Shown here piece after piece: positions 28,316-36,614 of a stretch of DNA of 64,000 nucleotides (within the stretch, counting starts at the first letter, position 1; the number at the start of each line of letters is the position of its first letter). The stretch lies in the NCBI GenBank assembly GCA_965214935.1, contig CBDCCS010000022.1, positions 448,001 to 512,000 on the forward strand, in the 5' to 3' direction. This stretch comes from Candidatus Velthaea sp. (GTDB taxonomy: Bacteria; Vulcanimicrobiota; Vulcanimicrobiia; Vulcanimicrobiales; Vulcanimicrobiaceae). The notes beneath the pieces were generated by a model, which saw only the letters and a list, made by a program, of their open reading frames with translations, had not been told where the DNA came from and did not search any database. The position numbers were made by a program, and so were the translations under genes.

Positions 28316-28786
28316 ATGACACATGCGGAGCACGATCGATCGGCGAGCGAGGGACACTTACTGTACTTAGTGTTGCCGCCGACTGCGAGCTACGCGCGGT
28401 CAGCCCGTAATCGGGTTCTTGGATTTGTGCGCGATCGCGCGATCCCCGAGATCGATGCCTTTGATTTCCTGACGGCCTTCGGCGAGGCTTTGGCCAACGC
28501 GATCGAGCACGCCCGAAGCGGCAATATCGAAATCACGTGTCGCATGGTGGGTGCGCACGAGTTGGTCGCAACCGTCGTCGACAGCGGAATCGGCTTTGAT
28601 GCCGATCCGGCGTTGATCGGCGATGCGCATCTGCCGCCGGTCTTCGCCGAGCGCGGGCGCGGCTTTGCGATCATGAAGGAATGCACCGATCACGTCGTCG
28701 TTAACAGCGTGCCCGGCAAAGGCACGTCGGTCGTCTTGACGCGGTTCATCCGTCCCGGCCGGATGCAACAGCTCGCGGGCGCGTAA
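28316..28786 (+). CDS. RsbW-like anti-sigma factor/Ser-Thr kinase (HATPase_c_2)
   Basis: EALANAIEH, DSGIGFD, ERGRGFAIM and GKGTSV. Confidence 0.85.
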   Translation: MTHAEHDRSASEGHLLYLVLPPTASYARSARNRVLGFVRDRAIPEIDAFDFLTAFGEALANAIEHARSGNIEITCRMVGAHELVATVVDSGIGFDADPALIGDAHLPPVFAERGRGFAIMKECTDHVVVNSVPGKGTSVVLTRFIRPGRMQQLAGA

Positions 28787-28792
28787 AGTGTC

Positions 28793-28838
28793 GGGGTGAC
28801 TCGAGTCACCCCCAGCGTTCCTTAGAACGAGCGACAAT
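28793..28838 (+). promoter_or_regulatory. Perfect 20-bp palindrome with CRP/FNR-like core upstream of bchN
   Basis: GGGGTGACTCGAGTCACCCC (28793-28812), with -10-like GACAAT at 28833-28838. Confidence 0.6.
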
Positions 28839-28889
28839 GACGACGGACCGAAAGGTTCGCCGTCATTTTTTCGGAGGTCAGCGCCGCAC

Positions 28890-30158
28890 GTGTTCGAGCA
28901 GTCCCAAACGATCGAGCGTGATGATTTTTGCTCGCTCGCGCCGATCGGCTGGCTGCATCATAAGATGCAGGACAGCTTCTTTTTGGTCGTCGGCACGCAC
29001 TCGTGTCAGGGCTTTCTGCAAACCGCACTCGGCGTAATGATCTTTGCCAAACCGCGCTTTGCAACGGCGGTGTTGGACGAAGACGATCTCGCCGGCCGCG
29101 ATACGCTCGAAGCGGTCGCGCCGCTCGTCGAGCAAGTCGTCGCCGAACATCGCCCGGGTGCAATTTTCCTGGCATCGACGTGCACGCCCGAGATTTTAAA
29201 AATGAACGTCGCCGGTTGCGCGAAGCCGCTCGAAGCGTCGACCGGCGTCCGGATTTACCCGTGCCGGCTTGACGGCTTCGATCCGGCGTACACGCAGGGC
29301 GAAGACCACGTTTTGCAATCGATGCTCGAGCGCTGCCCGGTCACCGATGAAAAAAATATCGTTATTTTAGGGTGTCTTTCAGCCCTCGAAGAAGCGGAAA
29401 TCCGGTTGGAGTGCGCTGCGATCGGCCTGCCCGAACCGGTTTTTCTGCCGAACGAAAGCGCTCTCGATTTACCGCCGGTCGGCCCGAACACGGTGCTTGC
29501 CGCCGTCCATCCGTATTTGTTCGGTTCCGTTTCGTATGCCCAGCGCGAGCGCGGTTGTGCGATTCACAAAACGGTGTTTCCCTACGGGCCCGACGGGGCG
29601 CGCGCGTTTTACGAAACGCTCGCGGCGGCTTTCGGCACGACCGTTTCGTACGCCGACCGCGAGCGCGCCGCCTGGGCATCGTGCGAACGCGACGTCGTAG
29701 CGTTGCGCGGCCGATCGATCAGCTTTGTGTCCGATACGATGCTCGAGTTATCGCTCGCGCGAACCCTGCGCGCTGCCGGGATGCAGATTCAAACCGTCGG
29801 AACGCCCAACATCTATCGCAAATTTCATGCCCCGGAAAGTGCGCGCTTGGCCGGCGTCGATGTGCTGGAACGGCCGGACCGCTTTGAAATGTTCGCACGC
29901 TTACGCACCGGGCGGCCCGATCTCGTCGTTGCGAATCTCAACGTCGCCAACGCGCTTGAAGGGATGGGCTTCAACGTCAAGTGGGCGACGGAGTTGACGT
30001 TCCAACCGGTGACCGGCTTCAATGGAGCGCCGTCGCTCTACGGCATGTTTGCCGCATCGATGCGGCGCCACGACGCGCTGGCCCGTACGCGCGCCAGTTC
30101 GCAGACGCTGGCGATGCCGATCGATCTGTCGTTCTTTCGCGAAGCGGCACGGACGTGA
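28890..30158 (+). CDS. bchN: Dark-operative protochlorophyllide reductase subunit N
   Basis: FCSL..IGWLHHKMQDSFFLVVGTHSC...GVMIFAKPRF, STCTPEILKM and YTQGED. Three Fe-S Cys present. Confidence 0.92.
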   Translation: MFEQSQTIERDDFCSLAPIGWLHHKMQDSFFLVVGTHSCQGFLQTALGVMIFAKPRFATAVLDEDDLAGRDTLEAVAPLVEQVVAEHRPGAIFLASTCTPEILKMNVAGCAKPLEASTGVRIYPCRLDGFDPAYTQGEDHVLQSMLERCPVTDEKNIVILGCLSALEEAEIRLECAAIGLPEPVFLPNESALDLPPVGPNTVLAAVHPYLFGSVSYAQRERGCAIHKTVFPYGPDGARAFYETLAAAFGTTVSYADRERAAWASCERDVVALRGRSISFVSDTMLELSLARTLRAAGMQIQTVGTPNIYRKFHAPESARLAGVDVLERPDRFEMFARLRTGRPDLVVANLNVANALEGMGFNVKWATELTFQPVTGFNGAPSLYGMFAASMRRHDALARTRASSQTLAMPIDLSFFREAART

Positions 30159-31684
30159 AATTAGCGCTCTGGTCGTATCAAGCGCCGGCGCACGTCGGCG
30201 TTTGCAAAGCGGCGGCGTCGTTTGCCGGCATTCACGCGGTATTACGCGCGCCCAAAGGCGATGGCTACGGCACGATCATGCTCGCGATGTTCGAGCGTTT
30301 AGGCGTCATTCCGCCGATCTCGGTTTGCGCGATGTCCGAAGCGACGCTGGCCGGCGCACCCGCGAACGTCCCGGCCGTCTTGCGCGAAGTTGATGCGCGG
30401 CTAAATCCTGAACTTATCGTCGTGACTCGCTCGGCGACCGCTGCAGTGTTGCAAGAGCCGCTCGACGGTGAAATCGCGATGATGGCGCCGGGCGACGTCA
30501 AGGCCGAAATCATGCTCGCCGCCGCCCATCCGGTGCGCGATAATGAAGTCAGCGGCTTCGCGACGACGCTACGTCAAATCGTCGCCCACTATGCGCGGGA
30601 CGTCGAACGCAGTGCAGCACCGTCGGTGAATATTTTCGGGCCGTCGCTACTGGGCTTTCACGACCATGCCAACGTGGCGTCATTGCGGCGCATGCTCGGA
30701 GCGCTCGGCATCGAGATCAACCTCATTGCACCGCTCGGCGCATCGCCCGAAGAGTTGCGTGACGTCGGCCGGGCGTGGGTCAATCTCTCGACGGCCCATG
30801 AATTGAGCGCGCCGACGATCGCCTATTTGCACGAGCGTTTTGAAACGCCGACCGTTGCGGCGCTACCGTTCGGTGAAGCGGGGACGACGCAATTTTTGCG
30901 CGAGCTCTGCGCGTTGCTGGAGATTCCCGCGCAGCGCATTACGCCGGCGGCACGGGACGCGAAACTGCTCTGGTACGCGCGAACCGTCGATGCGCACGCG
31001 CTTTCCGGCAAGCGGGTCGGCGTCTTCGGCACGCCGACGACGGCGGCCGGTATCGCGCGCGTCTTGCGCGAGGAACTCGACATGCAGATCGATTTCGTCG
31101 GCACCTACGTGGCGGCGTACGGCGACTGGTTGCGCGAGCGGGTGTCGGATCTCACCGATCACGTGATCGTCACCGACGACTTTCGGGTTGTCGCCCGGCT
31201 CATCGATGAGACGCGACCCGATATCATGTTCGGTTCGCAGATGGAACGTCACTCGGCGAGTGCCGTCGGCGTTCCGTGCGCGGTCATTTCACCGCCCGCG
31301 CACATTCTGAACTTTCCGCTTGGCTATGCGCCGTTCATCGGTTACGACGGAGCCAATCACATCGGCGACGTAGTCAACCAGACCCAAGTGCTAGGCCTCG
31401 AGCATCACTTGATCGAAACGTTCGGGCCGCGCAATCAAGGCCGTTTCGCCGAGGCGATGCCCGAAGGGCAAGAAGCCGTCGCCGTTGCGTCCGTTGCACC
31501 CGACGGCGGACCGGAACTGCATGCCCTGCGCTGGGATGCAGCCGCCGAAAAGCTCATCGCGCGCATCCCGTTCTTCGTCCGTAAAAAAGCGCGGACGAAT
31601 ATTGAAAAGTACGCGCGAGACAACGCAATCGGCGTCATCGACGAACGAACCGTGCTGGCGGCTCGCGAGCATGTCGGAGGCTGA
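30155..31684 (+). CDS. bchB: Dark-operative protochlorophyllide reductase subunit B
   Basis: KLALWSYQAPAHVG, APKGDGY, GSQMERH, PCAVISPP, LGLEHHLIETF and a C-terminal PCP_red domain (IPFFVRKKAR). GTGA overlap with bchN. Confidence 0.92.
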   Translation: MKLALWSYQAPAHVGVCKAAASFAGIHAVLRAPKGDGYGTIMLAMFERLGVIPPISVCAMSEATLAGAPANVPAVLREVDARLNPELIVVTRSATAAVLQEPLDGEIAMMAPGDVKAEIMLAAAHPVRDNEVSGFATTLRQIVAHYARDVERSAAPSVNIFGPSLLGFHDHANVASLRRMLGALGIEINLIAPLGASPEELRDVGRAWVNLSTAHELSAPTIAYLHERFETPTVAALPFGEAGTTQFLRELCALLEIPAQRITPAARDAKLLWYARTVDAHALSGKRVGVFGTPTTAAGIARVLREELDMQIDFVGTYVAAYGDWLRERVSDLTDHVIVTDDFRVVARLIDETRPDIMFGSQMERHSASAVGVPCAVISPPAHILNFPLGYAPFIGYDGANHIGDVVNQTQVLGLEHHLIETFGPRNQGRFAEAMPEGQEAVAVASVAPDGGPELHALRWDAAAEKLIARIPFFVRKKARTNIEKYARDNAIGVIDERTVLAAREHVGG

Positions 31685-31688
31685 TGCA

Positions 31689-32714
31689 ATGGCACTAAAA
31701 ACGCCGCTCGAACCCGGCAACCCGGAACGTTCGGCGATCGGTGTTCGCAAACTCGGGCGCACTACCGTCGCTACCAGCATGCGCACGGTCGGCCAATTCG
31801 GCGCGATGATGCTGCCGTTCACCGACAAAGAAGCCGGTGCGGCGAAAATCAACGGCTCGCTCAAGACGTTTGCGAAACCGGGCACGTGGTTCGCCCCGAT
31901 GTGGGCAATCTTGGTCGGCTGCGTCGCGTCCGGTAACGCGCATTGGGACCTGCCCTCAATCGGCCGGATCGTTGCAGCGATGATTCTGGCCGGACCGTTG
32001 CTTTGCGCGTTCTCGCAAGTGGTCAACGATTGGTTCGACCGTGAAGTCGATGCGATCAACGAGCCGGACCGGCCGACGGCGGCAAACCTACTCGCACCGC
32101 GAACCGTCGGCGTGATTGCTGCCGGGCTCGCGGCGGCTGCATGTGCCTTGGCATTGGCCCTCGGCATCCACGTTCTATTCATTGCCGTCGTCGGACTCGT
32201 ACTTGCATGGGCGTATAGCGCTCCGCCGTTTCGGCTCAAAGCCTCAAACGGCTGGCTCGCGAACACGGCGTGTGCGTTTGCATATGAAGGTTGCGCTTGG
32301 ATCGCCGGCGCAGCGGCGTTCGGTCGTGTTACGACCGGAACGCTCGTACTTGCAACGCTGTATTCATTCGCCTCGCACGGACTCATGACACTCAACGATT
32401 TTAAGAGCATCGCCGGCGACCGCCGCCTTGGCTTAAAGTCGATTCCCGCAATGCTGGGCGAACGCCGGGCAATCTACGTCGCCTTTGCGTTCATCGACGT
32501 CTTTCAGCTTGCGGCGATCGTTTACGTTGCGGCTCACGCCATGTGGATTGCCGCCGCTGCGATCGCGCTGTTATTCGTCGTGCAATTACCGATGCAGCGT
32601 CGCCTCGCCGGCAATCCCGCCGGTCTCGCCCCTTGGTATTGCGCGAGCGCGATCCCGCCGTTTGTGTGGGGCATGCTCGCTGCCGCTCTCGCCGTCCGTT
32701 CCGGAGGTTTTTAA
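31689..32714 (+). CDS. bchG: Bacteriochlorophyll synthase (UbiA family)
   Basis: KPGTWFAPMWA, NDWFDREVDAINEPDRP, YSAPPFRLK and LNDFKSIAGD. Confidence 0.92.
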   Translation: MALKTPLEPGNPERSAIGVRKLGRTTVATSMRTVGQFGAMMLPFTDKEAGAAKINGSLKTFAKPGTWFAPMWAILVGCVASGNAHWDLPSIGRIVAAMILAGPLLCAFSQVVNDWFDREVDAINEPDRPTAANLLAPRTVGVIAAGLAAAACALALALGIHVLFIAVVGLVLAWAYSAPPFRLKASNGWLANTACAFAYEGCAWIAGAAAFGRVTTGTLVLATLYSFASHGLMTLNDFKSIAGDRRLGLKSIPAMLGERRAIYVAFAFIDVFQLAAIVYVAAHAMWIAAAAIALLFVVQLPMQRRLAGNPAGLAPWYCASAIPPFVWGMLAAALAVRSGGF

Positions 32715-32716
32715 TC

Positions 32717-34018
32717 ATGCGCGTCCTGGTCGTTGGTGCGAATATCGGCGGGGCCGTTGCTGCAGGCGACCTTGCGGCGACGGGTTGGAATGTGACGCTC
32801 ATCGAGCGCGATCTCAAACGAAAAAAGCCGTGCGGCGGCGCGATACCGCCCAAGGCGATGAGTGAGTTCGGGATTCCGAACTCGATCATCGAGCGCAAGA
32901 CGACGCGCGCGGTCGTGATCGGACCGAGCGGTTCCGAAGTATCGATGAACGTGCGTGGAACGCAAGCGCGAGCGGATGACTACATCATCATGGTCACTCG
33001 CGAGATCCTCGATCGTACGATGCGCGAAAAAGCGACGGCCGCCGGCGCCGACCTGCGTGAATGCGCGTTTGTAGCGCACGAGCAGCAAGCCGATGGTACG
33101 CTACGCGTAAAGATGCGCGCGCGTGACGGTGTGGAGTTCTTTGAGAACTACGATTTCGTTGTCGGCGCCGACGGCGCCGGGTCGCAGGTTGCGAAGTCGT
33201 GCGGCCGGGTCCCGGTCAAACACGCGTCGGCAATTCAAGAACGCCTATCGCTGCCCGACGATGCGATGGAATACTATCAGAACACGGCCGAACTCTATCT
33301 CGGCGACGATATTTCGCCCGATTTTTATGGCTGGATTTTTCCCAAGAGCGACCATGTTGCGGTCGGTACCGGCTGTAAGCCCGAGCATGCGAATCGCTCC
33401 TACGCGTTTCTCGAAGGCGTTAAAGCGCGCGCCGGCAACAAGTTGCGCGGTTCACGCCGCATACTGCTCGAAGGCCATCCGCTGCCGATGCAGCGCTACA
33501 AGAAGCTCGTGTACGGCAACACCATGCTCGTCGGCGACGCCGGCGGCATGGTCGCGCATACGTCGGGTGAAGGTATTTATTTTTCGATGGCGTCCGGCCG
33601 AATGGCCGCGCAAACGCTCGTCCTGCATGCCACCGATCACCGCTCGCCGCTGACACGCTACGAAAAGATCTGGCAAAAGAAGTACGGCGCGATGTTCGAC
33701 TTTCTCGAATTCCTAGAGAAAGCTTCATACACGTCGAACTTCAAGCGTGAGTTCTTCGTCGACATGTGCGCGACGCGCGACGTTCAACAACTCACGTTTG
33801 ATAGCTACCTCTTCAAAGAAATGGCGAAGATGGCGCCGGGCGACCACTTCCGGATGGCATACGAGGCGGCGACGCGAGCGGTCGTCGCCTGGATGCGTCC
33901 ACGCGTACCGCTCAACGCCGCGCCGCCTCAGATCACGGCGAAAGAAGCGCTGCGTGCAACGCGCGCGGCGATCGCCGACGGCGTTGCGGCCGACGAGTCT
34001 CCGGTCTACGCAACGTAG
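32717..34018 (+). CDS. bchP: Geranylgeranyl reductase
   Basis: KPCGGAIP, SPDFYGWIFPK, LVGDAGG....SGEGIYF and DVQQLTFDSYLFK. Confidence 0.92.
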   Translation: MRVLVVGANIGGAVAAGDLAATGWNVTLIERDLKRKKPCGGAIPPKAMSEFGIPNSIIERKTTRAVVIGPSGSEVSMNVRGTQARADDYIIMVTREILDRTMREKATAAGADLRECAFVAHEQQADGTLRVKMRARDGVEFFENYDFVVGADGAGSQVAKSCGRVPVKHASAIQERLSLPDDAMEYYQNTAELYLGDDISPDFYGWIFPKSDHVAVGTGCKPEHANRSYAFLEGVKARAGNKLRGSRRILLEGHPLPMQRYKKLVYGNTMLVGDAGGMVAHTSGEGIYFSMASGRMAAQTLVLHATDHRSPLTRYEKIWQKKYGAMFDFLEFLEKASYTSNFKREFFVDMCATRDVQQLTFDSYLFKEMAKMAPGDHFRMAYEAATRAVVAWMRPRVPLNAAPPQITAKEALRATRAAIADGVAADESPVYAT

Positions 34019-34033
34019 GCGCTCGTCCGTCCG

Positions 34034-34510
34034 CTATGCCGGGACGCCGGTCCAGACGGTCGTCAGCGCTACGCCGCTGCGCGCGAAGAGCTGATATATC
34101 GGGCAGCGACGTTCGGTCTCGGCTCGCAGGCGCTGCACGTCGTCGTCGCCGGCATTCGTCGTCAACACGGCCCGCACGCTAACGCTCTCGAAATTTGCGT
34201 TGCCCTCAGCGGCGCCGCCGGCAAGAATCGCGGTATCGAGATCGGCGCTTAGCTCGAATGCGAAATGCTCGACGCGGATATTCTGCGTTTTTGCAACGAG
34301 TTGAGCCGTCACTTGAGAGCACGAGATAAGCGCTCCGAGCGCATATGCGATCGGGCTGGGCGCGGAATCTTTGCCGCCGAACGCCGGGGCCGCATCCACG
34401 GCAAACGTATGCGTCGATCCGCCGACGCGAACCGTTTGCGCGACCCCGCTGCCGTCCGACGAGAGTGTGAACGTTGCAATCGTTTCTTTGGGAGTAAGCG
34501 TGACAGACAT
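34034..34510 (-). CDS. OsmC/Ohr family protein
   Basis: DAAPAFGGKDSAPSP, LISCSQVT and ERRCPIY (two Cys). Confidence 0.85.
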   Translation of the reverse strand: MSVTLTPKETIATFTLSSDGSGVAQTVRVGGSTHTFAVDAAPAFGGKDSAPSPIAYALGALISCSQVTAQLVAKTQNIRVEHFAFELSADLDTAILAGGAAEGNANFESVSVRAVLTTNAGDDDVQRLRAETERRCPIYQLFARSGVALTTVWTGVPA

Positions 34511-34569
34511 CTCTCAATACCTCATGGATTTGTTAGTGATAACCGACGCGTCGCAGTACGACCGCGGAC

Positions 34570-34604
34570 AAAGAAAACGCCCCTCGTCGATTCGGCGAGA
34601 GGCG
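34570..34604 (-). terminator. Intrinsic terminator in the 5' leader of the OsmC gene (attenuator)
   Basis: Minus strand: CGCCTCTCG-ccgaatcga-CGAGGGGCG-TTTTCTTT. Confidence 0.75.
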
Positions 34605-34646
34605 GTGTGCTGTTCGTAAAACGCTATGCGATTTGAGAACCCGTGC

Positions 34647-34709
34647 CTATCCGAGCCGACCTTTAAAAGGACGCCGACAACGGCAACAGAGACACGAGAA
34701 AGCAGACAT
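34647..34709 (-). CDS. Leaderless Cys-rich leader peptide (20 aa)
   Basis: MSAFSCLCCRCRRPFKGRLG*. ATG lies 7 nt after the -10 box. Confidence 0.65.
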   Translation of the reverse strand: MSAFSCLCCRCRRPFKGRLG

Positions 34710-34716
34710 GTTCGGC

Positions 34717-34746
34717 ACCATATCACATTCGAGCGGAAACCGTCAA
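34717..34746 (-). promoter_or_regulatory. Sigma70-like promoter for the leader peptide/OsmC unit
   Basis: TTGACG, 18 nt, TATGGT (extended TGn). Confidence 0.65.
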
Positions 34747-34774
34747 TGCGCGTTGCAGAAACCTTCGGCGATGC

Positions 34775-35593
34775 CTATTTGACTGCGCCCATCGTTAAAC
34801 CGCGAACGAGCGAGCGTTGCGCGGCCCAGCCCGCGACGAACACCGGGATGACAGCGAGCGTCGACGCAGCCGACATTTTCGCCCAGAAGAGCCCTTCGCT
34901 TGTCATAAACCCCGCAATGTAGACAGGCAACGTCGACGCATGCGGACCGGCCAGATTCACAACCAGAAAAAATTCGTTCCATGAGAAGATCAAACAAAGG
35001 AGCGCGGTCGCTGCCAGACCGGGCGTAACGAAGGGAATCGCCACGCCGACCAAAACCCCGACTGTGTTGGCGCCGTCGATGCGCGCGGCTTCAATGAGAT
35101 CCTTCGGAATCTCGGCGAAGAACGATCGCATCATCCAGATGACGAGCGGAAGATTCACGGCTGTATACAGCACGATCATGCCCGGGATGCTATCGAACAG
35201 GCCGATCTGCTTGAAGATAATAATCAGCGGGATGATGACGCCGACTGCCGGCATCATCTTCGTCGATAAAACCCACGATAACGTGCCCGCCGATTTCAAG
35301 GTCGGAAATAAGCCCAGCGCATACGCCGCGGGTATTCCCAATACGAACGCCACGAGCGTCGAACCGACGCTGATAACGACGGAATTGACGAAGAACCCGA
35401 GGTAGCCGGCGTTGGTGAGAGCTTCGCGGAAATTATCGAACGTCGGTATGAAGAAGAGCACGGGCGGTTGCGCGACCGCGGTGCCTTCGGTCTTAAAACC
35501 GGCCAAGAGCGTCCAAAGAATTGGAAAAAAGATCGCCAGGACCAGCACGTAGGTAAGGACGGTCAACGCCGTTTCACGCAAACGATACGTCAT
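34775..35593 (-). CDS. Polyol ABC transporter permease (SmoG/MtlG-like)
   Basis: LSTKMMPAVG, EAARIDGA, FSWNEFF and SEGLFWAKMSAAS. Confidence 0.9.
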   Translation of the reverse strand: MTYRLRETALTVLTYVLVLAIFFPILWTLLAGFKTEGTAVAQPPVLFFIPTFDNFREALTNAGYLGFFVNSVVISVGSTLVAFVLGIPAAYALGLFPTLKSAGTLSWVLSTKMMPAVGVIIPLIIIFKQIGLFDSIPGMIVLYTAVNLPLVIWMMRSFFAEIPKDLIEAARIDGANTVGVLVGVAIPFVTPGLAATALLCLIFSWNEFFLVVNLAGPHASTLPVYIAGFMTSEGLFWAKMSAASTLAVIPVFVAGWAAQRSLVRGLTMGAVK

Positions 35594-36471
35594 GCTTTTG
35601 ACACCTTGAACGTGCGGGAAAGTAAGCGCAATAGAATCGTTGCGATGATCGAGGCGAGAACGACGGCACAGACGCCTTGCGCTGAAGCACTGCCGACGTC
35701 GTTGCCTTGCGAGATCGTCTGATAGACGTAATACGGTAGGGTCGTTGTGGCCGAACCCGGACCGCCTTGCGTCGCGACGAAGATTTCACCAAATAATTGC
35801 AACACGTAAATCGTCGCAAGCAACACCGACAGTTCGATGAACGGCCCGAGCAAGGGTAATGTTATTCCGCGAAACTCTTCCCATGCGTCGGCGCCGTCGA
35901 CTTTCGCAGCTTCACGGATATCATCCGGAACCGACTGCAGACCGGCCAGCAGAATGAGCATCATGAACGGTGTCCACTGCCAAACCGCCATCGTGATGAT
36001 GCCGAGCTTTGGGAACTCCGCTAAGATGTCGACTCGCGGCAATCCGATGAGCGTCGTAAAATAGCTGACGAAGCCGAACACCGGGTTGAGCAGTAAGTTC
36101 TTCCAGACGACCGCGTTGACCGTCGGCATGACGAAAAACGGTGCGATCGCTAACGAACGCGCAAGCCCTTGACCGGGGAATTTCCGGTGTAACAACAGCG
36201 CGAATGCCATGCCGAAAATAAGTGAGAAGACGACGATGCCGGCAGTAATGACGATTAGATTGACGACCGCCGAACGAAACGTTACGTCGCCGAAGATCGT
36301 GTATGCGAAGTTGGCGAAGCCGACGAATGAGACGCCCAGTTCGGGCGACGTCAGCACCCACTTCTGAAAGCTAAACCAAAGCGTGAGAATAAACGGCGCC
36401 TGCGTAAGCGCCGCAAGATAAATGATTGCCGGAGCAATCAGCAGTAGGCGGGTCGACCGCGCCATGGTCAT
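35590..36471 (-). CDS. Polyol ABC transporter permease (SmoF/MtlF-like)
   Basis: PFFVMPTVNAVVWKN, WQWTPFMMLILLAGLQ and EAAKVDGA. Confidence 0.9.
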   Translation of the reverse strand: MTMARSTRLLLIAPAIIYLAALTQAPFILTLWFSFQKWVLTSPELGVSFVGFANFAYTIFGDVTFRSAVVNLIVITAGIVVFSLIFGMAFALLLHRKFPGQGLARSLAIAPFFVMPTVNAVVWKNLLLNPVFGFVSYFTTLIGLPRVDILAEFPKLGIITMAVWQWTPFMMLILLAGLQSVPDDIREAAKVDGADAWEEFRGITLPLLGPFIELSVLLATIYVLQLFGEIFVATQGGPGSATTTLPYYVYQTISQGNDVGSASAQGVCAVVLASIIATILLRLLSRTFKVSKA

Positions 36472-36564
36472 GGCTGATACCTCGAGCGGATCGAGCCGCC
36501 TGAATGATTGCGCTGCGCGCAACCGATTGCGTTTGAGGTTCGCTCAAGCTGTTCAACGGAAATC

Positions 36565-36600
36565 GTCCGAGATGCGCCGGCGGACCGGCACATCTCGGAC
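36565..36600 (-). other. Intercistronic stem-loop after the SBP gene
   Basis: GTCCGAGATG.GCCGG-cgga-CCGGC.CATCTCGGAC. Confidence 0.6.
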
Positions 36601-36614
36601 GGGACGCGTAGCGG

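Noticed and set aside
34514..34770. SAM or other metabolite riboswitch upstream of OsmC
   Set aside because: No recognisable aptamer consensus. The leader-peptide model explains the region better.
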